From an uncultured Bacteroidaceae bacterium (GTDB lineage: Bacteria; Bacillota; Clostridia; Christensenellales; CAG-917): a stretch of 64,000 bases of DNA. The DNA is taken from the NCBI GenBank assembly GCA_964550635.1, contig CAZJZV010000001.1, positions 103,913 through 167,912 on the forward strand. The letters are read 5' to 3'. Below are positions 15,628 through 24,565 of this stretch, piece after piece. Position 1 is the stretch's first letter. The number at the start of each line of letters is the position of its first letter. The position numbers and the translations under genes were made by a program. Below the pieces are notes generated by a model. That model did no database searches, was not told where the DNA came from, and saw nothing but the letters and a program-made list of their open reading frames with translations.

Positions 15628-17088
15628 TTATTCGCGGTCGCCTTTGAGTTTTCTGAGGAATGCGGGTACTGCTCTTCCGCTCTTTTGAACGTCTATTCTC
15701 GAACTTGCAATTCCGTCTTGTGCAGGTGCGGTGGGTGCAGGTGCGGGTGCGGGAGCGACGGGTTTCACAGGCTCTTGATAAGTTTCGACAGGTGCTTGTT
15801 GTTCCGCACTCGGATCGATTCTTTGGAAGATAGGACGACTTGCAAAGATGTCGACTTCTCTCACAGGAGTGAGTTGTTCTTCGGGGACTTCCTTTTCAAC
15901 GGTTGCCGCCGCAAGAGTGCTTGCCACAGGTTTTGCACTGACGGGAGAAGATCCTACGCTACGAGCGGGAACGGTGTTTTTGTCCACAAAGCCGGTTGCG
16001 ATGATGGTGATTTCGATGTCTTTCTTGTCGGGAACGAACGCGGTACCGAGAATGATATTCGCATCGGGATCCACGACTTGACGGACGATGTCGCATGCTT
16101 CGGTGACTTCGCTAAGGAGCATATCTTCACCACCGCTGATATTGACGATGATGCCGGTTGCACCCTCGATGTCGGTTTCGAGCAAAGGACTGAACACTGC
16201 GCCTTTGACCGCTTCGATGACCCTCTTTTCGCCTTTGCCGTAGCCGATACCCATATGAGCAAGACCTTTGTTCATAAGAATAGTTCTGACGTCCGCAAAG
16301 TCAAGGTTGATAAGTTCGGGATTGGTGATGACGTCGCTTACGCCTTGAACGCCTTGGCGGAGAACGTCGTCTGCGATTTCAAACGCGCGCTTGAAGGATA
16401 CGCCCTTGTCAAGCACTTCGATGAGTTTTTGATTGGGGATGACGAGCAAAGTATCCACAAAGTTTTGGAGATTGCGAATACCTGCTTCGGCGTTTTTCAT
16501 ACGTTGCGCGCCTTCGAACACGAAAGGTTTCGTGACGACTGCGACGGTGAGAATACCCATACTCTTTGCGACTTCCGCGATGACGGGTGCCGCACCCGTA
16601 CCGGTGCCACCGCCCATACCTGCGGTTATGAACAAAAGGTCGATACCTTTGAGAGCCGCTTTGATGGTTTCTTTGGACTCTTCAGCCGCAAGTCTGCCGA
16701 TTTCGGGATCGGAGCCTGCGCCCAAACCGCCGGTTTTGGAAGAACCGAGTTGGATTTTGTTTTCGAGCGGGACGAGAGAAAGATTGAGTGCTTGAACGTC
16801 CGTGTTCATAACCACGAAAGTTGCGCTCTTGATGCCTGCTCTAATCATATTGTTGACTGCGTTGTTACCGCCACCGCCGACGCCGACTACCACGATATTT
16901 GCTTTGCCGGGAGTTTTTTGGCTGACGGGTTTGCGCACGACGTTTTCTTGATATTCGCGCACTTCGGATTCCACGTCTGCGAAAGTCTGTTCCACGACTT
17001 CTTCGGTGGTATCTTCGGTTTCAGCGGATTCGATATCGTTATTGTCGTTGATAACATCGTTATATCCGAATTTGTCAAAATCTATCAT
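15628..17088 (-). CDS. ftsZ: Cell division protein FtsZ, with ~60-aa acidic N-terminal extension and P/A-rich linker
   Basis: Motifs VVGVGGGGNNAVNNM and GMGGGTGTGAAPV, with C-terminal peptide VPAFLRKL. A strong SD (GGAGGTaaattATG) sits at the 17088 start. Confidence 0.95.
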   Translation of the reverse strand: MIDFDKFGYNDVINDNNDIESAETEDTTEEVVEQTFADVESEVREYQENVVRKPVSQKTPGKANIVVVGVGGGGNNAVNNMIRAGIKSATFVVMNTDVQALNLSLVPLENKIQLGSSKTGGLGAGSDPEIGRLAAEESKETIKAALKGIDLLFITAGMGGGTGTGAAPVIAEVAKSMGILTVAVVTKPFVFEGAQRMKNAEAGIRNLQNFVDTLLVIPNQKLIEVLDKGVSFKRAFEIADDVLRQGVQGVSDVITNPELINLDFADVRTILMNKGLAHMGIGYGKGEKRVIEAVKGAVFSPLLETDIEGATGIIVNISGGEDMLLSEVTEACDIVRQVVDPDANIILGTAFVPDKKDIEITIIATGFVDKNTVPARSVGSSPVSAKPVASTLAAATVEKEVPEEQLTPVREVDIFASRPIFQRIDPSAEQQAPVETYQEPVKPVAPAPAPAPTAPAQDGIASSRIDVQKSGRAVPAFLRKLKGDRE

Positions 17089-18254
17089 AATTTACCTCCG
17101 TTAAACAATCTTTTTATGAAACTGTCAAAACTATGTTTTGAAAGGGATTCCGCGACTTGCAACAAGGATATTTTGCTTGCGGCGGACGGCTTGACGTACC
17201 CGGGGAATTTGGGGGTGATGATTTCCACGTTCATACCGAGTTCGTTGCCGAGATATTTTTTCGCACCGCGGATAGACGCTATGCCTTCCCCCGTGAGATA
17301 GACGGGCGCATAAGACGGAAAATCTATTCCCGATGCGTAGATGACTTCTTTGATGATGTCCGATATATCTTCGAGACGACATCTGACCACTTCGCACGCT
17401 TCGGTGCCGTAGATGACGTCTTCCTGATCGGCGACCAAAATCGCATCGTCTGCGTAGTTGAGATTGAGATCGACGAGTTCGCGCGCCTTTTCTGCAAGGT
17501 CGAAACTTACGTCGAGTCCTTCGCACATATCGCCCGAAATGTGTCCACCGCCCAACGAGAAGGATTTCAAGTCGATGACTCCTTCCCCTCTTCCGATGAG
17601 AATTGACGACGAAATGAAGCCGACGTCCACAAGGATATATGCGTCGTCGCGTTCTTCCTTTTCAAAGAGAGAAACGCCTTCCGCCCAAGCGGTGCATACG
17701 TATTTGATTTCACTGAAACCAAGGGACTTGCCCACTTCGTCGAACATATCGACGAAAGACTGCTCGCAAAGCATATAGGACACTACGCCCTGAACCGAAC
17801 TTGCGGTGAGTCCTCTGACGTCGCGATAGGTTTTATCCGACGTATCCACGCTAAATTCCACGGGAGCGGAATTGATAAGCACGTGTCTATCCGAATTGAA
17901 GTTGTTTCCTTTTTTGATGAGAAAATCTATGTCTGCGTCAACTACTCTACGCTCTCTGTCAAGGGTGATACCGACGGTTTTGGTCACGTTTGCGACGAAT
18001 TCCGCAGGCACGCCGATGAAAAGTTTTTTCGTGCTTGACTCTGCGGTCTGCATAGCCTCTTTCAAGACAGCGATTGCAACGCTTTTGGTGTCTTCGGCGT
18101 CGAACCACTCACCGTTTTCAAAGCCCGAATTTTCTTTCTCCACGAGTGCTTTAACGCCAAAAACGCTCTGCGCCTTTTTCGCGCCTACGATGGCGGATAT
18201 AAGACGAGAGGTGACGTCGAGTATCGCAATATCTTTGGTGAAAATATTCGTCAT
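17085..18254 (-). CDS. ftsA: Cell division protein FtsA
   Basis: Actin-like ATPase fold pattern (ILDVTSRLISAIVG, VDVGFISSSI, LTGEGIASIRG). C-terminal amphipathic tail. SD GAGGAAGT before the ATG at 18254. 4-nt overlap with ftsZ. Confidence 0.8.
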   Translation of the reverse strand: MTNIFTKDIAILDVTSRLISAIVGAKKAQSVFGVKALVEKENSGFENGEWFDAEDTKSVAIAVLKEAMQTAESSTKKLFIGVPAEFVANVTKTVGITLDRERRVVDADIDFLIKKGNNFNSDRHVLINSAPVEFSVDTSDKTYRDVRGLTASSVQGVVSYMLCEQSFVDMFDEVGKSLGFSEIKYVCTAWAEGVSLFEKEERDDAYILVDVGFISSSILIGRGEGVIDLKSFSLGGGHISGDMCEGLDVSFDLAEKARELVDLNLNYADDAILVADQEDVIYGTEACEVVRCRLEDISDIIKEVIYASGIDFPSYAPVYLTGEGIASIRGAKKYLGNELGMNVEIITPKFPGYVKPSAASKISLLQVAESLSKHSFDSFIKRLFNGGKL

Positions 18255-18308
18255 ACTTCCTCGTGTGCGCAACGCGAGTGCGCACGTGTGCGTAATATTC
18301 TTACTCTT

Positions 18309-18336
18309 ATTATATATAATATATATATAATGTCAA
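18309..18336 (-). promoter_or_regulatory. Sigma-A-type promoter for ftsA-ftsZ (TTGACA-N16-TATAAT)
   Basis: The minus strand has TTGACA (18336-18331), a 16-nt AT-rich spacer, then TATAAT (18314-18309), about 55 nt upstream of the ftsA ATG. Confidence 0.5.
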
Positions 18337-18389
18337 GAATTTTTTTGTAAAAATTTCAAAATTTGCGCATAAATATTAAATTTGCCCCG

Positions 18390-19646
18390 CTATTCCCTGC
18401 CCCGCCGAATATCTCCGCCGAGAGATGAGAATATTTCTTCGATTTTTTCGTATCCGCGGTCGATATGATTCAAGCCGTATATCCTCCCCGTCCCCTTCGC
18501 GCCGAGAGACGCAACGACGAGTGCCGCCCCGCCGCGTAAGTCGTATGCGTGAAGTACGGACGAGTGCAAACCGCCCTTCCCCCTGACTATCGCTTCGTCC
18601 CCGTCGACGTCGATATTCGCACCCATATTGACGAGTTCGCCTACGTGCGCAAACCTGTTTTCAAAAACCGTTTCGGTGACGGTGCTAACTCCGTTTGCAA
18701 AGCACTGCACCGCGGTCATAATCGGTTGCATATCCGTGGGGAAAGTCGGGTAAGGTCCGGTGACGATATTTGACGGCAAAACCACTCCGTCGCTCTCGAC
18801 CGTGACTCCGCAAGATACGTCCGTGACTCTCACGTGCGACGATAGGATTTCTTTCAAAAACGCACCGAGATGAGAAGTACCTACGTTTTCCATTCTCACC
18901 TTTCCGCCTGCAACCGCAACCGCGGATATTATCGTCCCCGCCACTATTCTGTCCGATACGGGTTTGATTATCGTCCCCGAAAGCGAATCAACTCCCTTGA
19001 CCTTGACGACGGACGTGCCGTCCCCGACGATATTCGCTCCCATACTGCGTAACATATCGCATAAGGATACGATTTCAGGCTCACGCGCGCACCCTATGAG
19101 AGTGCTTTCACCATTTGCTTTGACGGCGGCGAGAAGTAGATTTTCGGTTGCGCCCACGCTCGGATATTTGAACGTGATATCCGCCCCGACGAGCCTATCC
19201 GCATAGCAATCGACCCAGTCCGTGCCGTATTCGATTTTTGCACCCAGTTTTGCAAGTCCGTCGAGATGAATGTCGATAGGTCTTGCGCCTATGTTGCAAC
19301 CGCCCGGCGTATGCAATCTGACTCGTCCGACTTCGGATAGTAGCGCACCGAGCAAAAACACCGACGAGCGCATAGCGCGGGATAGTTTTTCGGACACGGT
19401 TTCGCATTCTACCCTTCCGCTCACGGTTATATCTCCGTCGTTACTTTTGACGGAAAGTCCTATGGACTTCAATATTTTCATCATATTGTTTACGTCCGCG
19501 ATATTCGGGCAATCGGTCAGGGTGACTTCGTCGTCGGATAGTATCGCTCCTGCAAGCATAGGCAACACCGCATTTTTTGCGGACGGTATTTTCACGCTTC
19601 CGTAGAGAGCATTCCCGCCTTTGATTTCAAGATATTCCGTTTGCAA
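18390..19646 (-). CDS. murA: UDP-N-acetylglucosamine 1-carboxyvinyltransferase
   Basis: Motifs IKGGNALYGSVKIPSAKNAVLPMLAGAIL and the active-site region PGGCNIGARPIDIH. Confidence 0.92.
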   Translation of the reverse strand: MQTEYLEIKGGNALYGSVKIPSAKNAVLPMLAGAILSDDEVTLTDCPNIADVNNMMKILKSIGLSVKSNDGDITVSGRVECETVSEKLSRAMRSSVFLLGALLSEVGRVRLHTPGGCNIGARPIDIHLDGLAKLGAKIEYGTDWVDCYADRLVGADITFKYPSVGATENLLLAAVKANGESTLIGCAREPEIVSLCDMLRSMGANIVGDGTSVVKVKGVDSLSGTIIKPVSDRIVAGTIISAVAVAGGKVRMENVGTSHLGAFLKEILSSHVRVTDVSCGVTVESDGVVLPSNIVTGPYPTFPTDMQPIMTAVQCFANGVSTVTETVFENRFAHVGELVNMGANIDVDGDEAIVRGKGGLHSSVLHAYDLRGGAALVVASLGAKGTGRIYGLNHIDRGYEKIEEIFSSLGGDIRRGRE

Positions 19647-20766
19647 AATTCACCTCGTTCAAAAATCCGTCCTTTTTGGCGGTCTTGGATATGTTGACGA
19701 GAAGCCCAATCGCGCACGCATACGCGGTAACCGAACTTCCCCCTGCACTGATGAAAGGTAACGGCAATCCGGTCGGCGGTATCGCACCGCATACGACCGC
19801 AACGTTGAGCGCGGTCTGCACTGCGATAACAGACGTGATTCCCGCGGACAGATAGCAAGAAAACCTATCCTTTGCGCGCACCGAAATTATTATCCCTTTC
19901 ACGATGAGAAACATGAATGCGCAGATGATAAGCGCAACTCCGAAAAGTCCTAACTCTTCCCCTATCACCGACAAAATGAAATCGCTTTCGGCAAAAGGCA
20001 AGAATGCGTATTTCTGCCGAGAGTTGCCGAGCCCTAACCCGAAAAGTCCGCCCGAGCCGAAAGCGTAGTAGGACTGAATGAGTTGATAGCCCTCGTCGAG
20101 CGGGGACTCCCACGGATTGACGAATGCAAGCAACCGCCTAACCCGATACGGTTCGAGAAAAACGAGCGCGATACCACCTGCGATTATAGGTATCAAAATT
20201 AAGATGAGCCGTTTGATTTTCACACCGCTCACGAAGAGCATAATCATCAAAACCACACCCACGCAAATGGTGATGGACATATTCGGTTCAAGGATAAGCA
20301 ATACGCAAACCGCTCCCCCTATAGCAAGCATGGCAAGGGTATCTTTGATTTTGTCCGTGCCGTGACTCGACGCATACGCCGAGAGCGCGACGACCATTGC
20401 GAATTTTGCATATTCGGACGGTTGAATGGTGAAAAAACCTAGGTTCAACCACCGTTTTGCGCCGTAACTCTCCACTCCTATGACGGGAACGAATACGAGC
20501 GCAAGCAGTGCAAGGCATAGAATATAAACCGCATATCCGTACTTTTCGACTTTTTGGATTTTCACCCCCGACAAGAAAACCGCAAGCACGATACCGACTG
20601 CGATAGCGACCGCCTGCGTCTCGACGTAGTGATATTCGTCCCCCGCCTGCAAAGCGGCGGTATAGGAGGATGCGGAATGTATGAAAACAAGTCCGACGAG
20701 AGATAATCCGAGAGCAACGAGCGCAATGGACAAATCTCCGTCGAAGGTCTTTCTTGATTTAATCAT
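19627..20766 (-). CDS. SEDS-family protein FtsW/SpoVE
   Basis: 379 aa and polytopic. Contains the FtsW/RodA signature region QLIQSYYAFGSGGLFGLGLGNS...LPFAESDFI. Confidence 0.85.
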   Translation of the reverse strand: MIKSRKTFDGDLSIALVALGLSLVGLVFIHSASSYTAALQAGDEYHYVETQAVAIAVGIVLAVFLSGVKIQKVEKYGYAVYILCLALLALVFVPVIGVESYGAKRWLNLGFFTIQPSEYAKFAMVVALSAYASSHGTDKIKDTLAMLAIGGAVCVLLILEPNMSITICVGVVLMIMLFVSGVKIKRLILILIPIIAGGIALVFLEPYRVRRLLAFVNPWESPLDEGYQLIQSYYAFGSGGLFGLGLGNSRQKYAFLPFAESDFILSVIGEELGLFGVALIICAFMFLIVKGIIISVRAKDRFSCYLSAGITSVIAVQTALNVAVVCGAIPPTGLPLPFISAGGSSVTAYACAIGLLVNISKTAKKDGFLNEVNFANGIS

Positions 20767-22057
20767 CTAAACGGGACAGGGCTTTTTCAAACGCTTTTCC
20801 GCGTTCTTCAAAATTTGCGTACTTATCGAAACTCTTGCTTGCGGGGGAAAACAACAAGTTGTTTACACCGTGAGTTTTCGCCATATTCAACCCCTTTTTG
20901 ACTGCGTCGTCAAGGTCGCAAGCGACTTCGTAGTTTTCGTAGCCGTACTTATCCATACTATCGGTGATTTCCTTTTCGTTTTCACCGATCACGACAACCC
21001 CCGCGATATTCTCGCTCGCGCCGTCAAATATCAAATCGAAATTCTCCCCTTTCTTCGCACCGCCCATAATCACGACACCCTTTCCGTCAAGACTCTCGAC
21101 TGCGGACAGAGTCGCGCCAACGTTGGTCGCTTTGCTATCGTTGAATACGGACACCCCGTCGATGAGTGCGACTCTTTCTCTCCTAAACCGCGGGCGACTA
21201 AAACTCGTCAATGCGGATGCGACGGTATATACGCTCACACCTTTCGACATTGCGACGGCGGTTGCGGCAAGCGCGTTTTCAATTTCCCTGCCCTTCAAGT
21301 CTATCTCGCTAACGTCGATGACGGGCAAACCCTTGTAGCAAATGAAACCGTCCGAGATATACGCTCCGCAAGTCGGATTTTTCACACTGAAGGGTATCTT
21401 TTCCGCATTCATATACGGCACGAGAGAAAGGATGACTTCGTCGTCTGCATTGTAGATTATCTTGTCGCATTCGCTCTGTCTGATGAAGATATTCGACTTT
21501 GCCGAAACGTACTTATCAAAAGTCTTGTGGCGGTCGATATGGTCGGGGGTGATATTCAAAAGCACCGCCACGTCGGGCGCAAATTTGATTGTGCTTTCAA
21601 GTTGGAAACTGGACGCTTCAACGACCACGGTTTCGGATGAATCGTAGTTGTCGCATACGGACGAAAACGCAATTCCCACGTTTCCCGCCACGTGCGAAAA
21701 AGTCCCCGCGGTGCGCAAAATATGATTGATGAGATTGACCGTCGTCGTCTTTCCGTTTGTGCCTGTGACCGCGATGATTTCCGCATCGCAAAATGCAGAT
21801 GCAAGTTCAAGTTCGCCGACTACGGTTTTTCCTTCGAGTTTTGCGTCGAGAATGAAGTCCTTCCCCTGCTCAACCCCGGGACTCAACACGATAATATCCG
21901 CAGATGAGAAAACTCCCACCGACGAAGTCGCGTGCATAACGCACGGATTGTCGTCGTAAATTATCGCGCGACCGCCCTTCGATTTCACAAGGTCGTAAGC
22001 GGAAAGCCCGCTCACCCCACCGCCGTATATGACGACGTTTTTGCCGAGCAAATTCAT
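20759..22057 (-). CDS. murD: UDP-N-acetylmuramoylalanine--D-glutamate ligase
   Basis: Starts MNLLGKNVVIYGGGVSGLSAYDL, with P-loop VTGTNGKTTT. The ATG at 22057 forms an ATGA overlap with mraY. The remaining 182 upstream codons of the ORF overlap mraY out of frame. Confidence 0.9.
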   Translation of the reverse strand: MNLLGKNVVIYGGGVSGLSAYDLVKSKGGRAIIYDDNPCVMHATSSVGVFSSADIIVLSPGVEQGKDFILDAKLEGKTVVGELELASAFCDAEIIAVTGTNGKTTTVNLINHILRTAGTFSHVAGNVGIAFSSVCDNYDSSETVVVEASSFQLESTIKFAPDVAVLLNITPDHIDRHKTFDKYVSAKSNIFIRQSECDKIIYNADDEVILSLVPYMNAEKIPFSVKNPTCGAYISDGFICYKGLPVIDVSEIDLKGREIENALAATAVAMSKGVSVYTVASALTSFSRPRFRRERVALIDGVSVFNDSKATNVGATLSAVESLDGKGVVIMGGAKKGENFDLIFDGASENIAGVVVIGENEKEITDSMDKYGYENYEVACDLDDAVKKGLNMAKTHGVNNLLFSPASKSFDKYANFEERGKAFEKALSRLDD

Positions 22058-23040
22058 ATTCCCTCCCCAAGCACGAGCGTTACCGCCCCGCCGATTAACG
22101 TAGCAACGAGATATATCGCGCAGATTTTCGTTTCGCTCATCCCGCACATTTCGAGATGATGATGAAAGGGGGACATTTTGAACACCCGCTTTCCTGTGGA
22201 CTTGAACGAGATAACCTGCACAATAACACTTATGCTCGACCATACGAACATTATGCCTGAAGTGAGAATAAAAATCGGATTTTTCGCAAGCACCGCAACG
22301 GACGCGACCGCACCGCCGAGCGCAAGAGAGCCCGTATCTCCCATGAATACGCGGGCGGGCGACGAGTTGAAAACGAGATAGGCGGTAAGCGCCCCGACAA
22401 GCACCGCGCATAGTGCGACGAGAGAAAACAAATTTTCTTGCAATTCTCCGTCCGCTTTTGAAAATTGAAGGAAGATCGCAACCCCTACGATGAGAAAATA
22501 TCCAAGGCAAGTCGTCCCCGCAAGTCCGTCCAGTCCGTCGGTTAGATTGACGGAATTTGTGGTCGCGATGAAGGTGAATGCGACGAAAGGAATTATCCCC
22601 CATTTCAAGTCGACAGGCGAGATATACGGCAAGTTGATTTCACTCCCAACGAGTCCCGATTTGTAGACGAAAACGCCGACTATCACGGATAGTCCGACTT
22701 GTCCGATAATCTTCTGATACGCTTTCAAACCGAGATTGCGATTAAAGCGTATTTTGATGAAATCGTCAAGAAACCCAAGCGCGCCGAAACCGAGAATCAT
22801 ACTCATCGCAACGAGCGCAAGCGGAGTGCGCTCAACAAGCGCAAAAATTACCACGGGCAGAGCGAAAACCACTCCGCCCATAGTAGTTGTGCCCGCTTTG
22901 CTTTCGTGTTGGACGACGTAGCCGAGTATGCTTTGCCCCGCCTTAACCTTTTTCAACAGTTTGATAAGTGGCGGCATGACGAGCAAAGTTAAGACGGCGG
23001 ACACCGTAAAATACAGTGCGATTTTTTGGATAGCCGTCAT
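22054..23040 (-). CDS. mraY: Phospho-N-acetylmuramoyl-pentapeptide transferase
   Basis: 328 aa and polytopic. Motifs are LGFLDDFIK, NSVNLTDGLDGLA and SPFHHHLE. Confidence 0.95.
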   Translation of the reverse strand: MTAIQKIALYFTVSAVLTLLVMPPLIKLLKKVKAGQSILGYVVQHESKAGTTTMGGVVFALPVVIFALVERTPLALVAMSMILGFGALGFLDDFIKIRFNRNLGLKAYQKIIGQVGLSVIVGVFVYKSGLVGSEINLPYISPVDLKWGIIPFVAFTFIATTNSVNLTDGLDGLAGTTCLGYFLIVGVAIFLQFSKADGELQENLFSLVALCAVLVGALTAYLVFNSSPARVFMGDTGSLALGGAVASVAVLAKNPIFILTSGIMFVWSSISVIVQVISFKSTGKRVFKMSPFHHHLEMCGMSETKICAIYLVATLIGGAVTLVLGEGI

Positions 23041-24470
23041 CTTGCCAACCTTCTTGCCACGTCGAAATCGCTATACGGCAACTTCCGTCCCTTGATTTCA
23101 AAATATTCTTCGTTACCCTTGCCCGCAATGACGACGGTATCTCCTTCGAGCATTTCGCTCACGGCAAAGGAAATCGCCTCCGTCCTGTCGAGTATGCACT
23201 TATAGTTTTTGTTTTGGAATCCGACTTCGACGTCCGCGATGATACGGTCGGGGTTTTCGTATCGCGGATTATCCGAAGTCACCACCGTGAAATCGCTATA
23301 CCTTTCCGCGACCTGCGCCATAAGCGCGCGCTTACCCCTATCCCTTTCTCCACCGCAACCGAAAACGGTGATAAGTCGGGATTTAGTTATCGTCCTTGCG
23401 GTGGACAACAACTTCTCAAGTCCGTCGGGTGTGTGCGCGTAATCAATGATTATGCTCCCTTTTTCCGCACGTAAAACACTGAATCTGCCTTTTACGTTGC
23501 GTACCTTTCGCACTGCGGTTGCAAGATTTTCCGCACCGACTCCGAGATATGCGCAAGCGGTCATAGCGGCAAGCAGGTTGTATGCGTTGAACTCTCCGTA
23601 TAGCGCGGAGCGCACGTCCACTATCTTGTCGAAAAGGTTTGCGACGAATTTTATTCCGTCCAAGTTTTCGTCAAGGTCGATTGCAAAACAATCCGCGGGA
23701 TTGTATAGTCCGTAAGTTACAAGCGCGACGTCTTTTCCGCTCTCCAATCTTTTTGCGAGTTTTCTCCCCGCTTCGTCATCGATATTGACGATTGCCGTCT
23801 TGACGTAGGTCGGAGAGAAATAGGAGAGTTTTACGCTCTCATAGGTTGCGTAATCTTTGAAATAGTCGAGATGGTCGCGGGATATATTCGTAAAAATCGC
23901 AACGTCCGCTTTGAGTCCGTAAGTCTTTTTGAGATAGACTGCGTGCGCGCTCACTTCGGACACCACGACTTCCACCCCTTTCGCTCTCATCTTGAATAGC
24001 AATGAATTCATCTCATAGGGGTCGGGAGTCGTGAGCGACGTGGACACCTTTTCACCGAGTATGAAATGTCCTTCGGTGCCGATGAGTCCCGTCTTGAATC
24101 CGCAATGCGCAAGGATTGAATTTACGTAGTGCGCCGTCGAAGTTTTGCCGTTTGTGCCGACGACCGTCACGAATTTCATACCTTCGAGCGGTTTTGAAAA
24201 GTAGTTATACGACAATAGCGCATACGCTTTTCTTGCGTCTTCGACGACGACGTACTTTCCTTTTTCGGGTTGTTTTTCGGTGATTGCGACGAAGTCTTTA
24301 TCGATTTCGTCAAGGTGCAGATTTCCGTCGTCCCGCACCCCCTGCATACACACGAATACGTCCCCGTCGTCGACGGTTTTCGAGTTGATTTTAATATCCT
24401 TAATATCCCTGTTGAAATCTTCGTTAGTGCTTAAAACTTTTATCCCTTCGAGTAACTTTTCGAGCGTCAT
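23037..24470 (-). CDS. murE: UDP-N-acetylmuramoyl-L-alanyl-D-glutamate--2,6-diaminopimelate ligase
   Basis: P-loop VVGTNGKTST. The DNPR motif (TSDNPRYE) indicates meso-DAP specificity. Confidence 0.9.
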   Translation of the reverse strand: MTLEKLLEGIKVLSTNEDFNRDIKDIKINSKTVDDGDVFVCMQGVRDDGNLHLDEIDKDFVAITEKQPEKGKYVVVEDARKAYALLSYNYFSKPLEGMKFVTVVGTNGKTSTAHYVNSILAHCGFKTGLIGTEGHFILGEKVSTSLTTPDPYEMNSLLFKMRAKGVEVVVSEVSAHAVYLKKTYGLKADVAIFTNISRDHLDYFKDYATYESVKLSYFSPTYVKTAIVNIDDEAGRKLAKRLESGKDVALVTYGLYNPADCFAIDLDENLDGIKFVANLFDKIVDVRSALYGEFNAYNLLAAMTACAYLGVGAENLATAVRKVRNVKGRFSVLRAEKGSIIIDYAHTPDGLEKLLSTARTITKSRLITVFGCGGERDRGKRALMAQVAERYSDFTVVTSDNPRYENPDRIIADVEVGFQNKNYKCILDRTEAISFAVSEMLEGDTVVIAGKGNEEYFEIKGRKLPYSDFDVARRLAR

Positions 24471-24565
24471 ATATACGTCCTCCGAAGGTTTGATACACTT
24501 ATTTTAATAAGTGTAATCGCTCTCGTCAACGGGTGGGCGAAATTAGACGCGAACGGAAAATATTT

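Noticed and set aside
15685-17301. Very long antisense ORF (538 aa) opposite ftsZ/ftsA. Similar ones lie at 33554-34678 (374 aa, opposite tig), 59134-60540 (468 aa, opposite nfnA/nth), 40489-41478 (329 aa, opposite the alpha-galactosidase) and 12345-12863 (opposite nrdR).
   Set aside because: The opposite strand carries unmistakable conserved genes. The antisense translations are low-complexity (F/D/V/R/C-rich) with no motifs. These are typical shadow ORFs produced by codon bias.
18309-18330. An (AT)n-like low-complexity run, tattatatataatatatatataa, as a possible microsatellite or phase-variation tract.
   Set aside because: It is short and imperfect. It coincides with the spacer and -10 of a good TTGACA-N16-TATAAT promoter for ftsA.
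22058-22603. A 182-codon N-terminal extension of the murD ORF. There are similar extensions at 41882-42145 (SSB-like), 35051-35128 (tig), 31673-31726 (engB) and 805-897 (rluB).
   Set aside because: The extensions overlap the upstream conserved gene out of frame or lack homology. Internal ATGs with good SDs or ATGA coupling give canonical N-termini.
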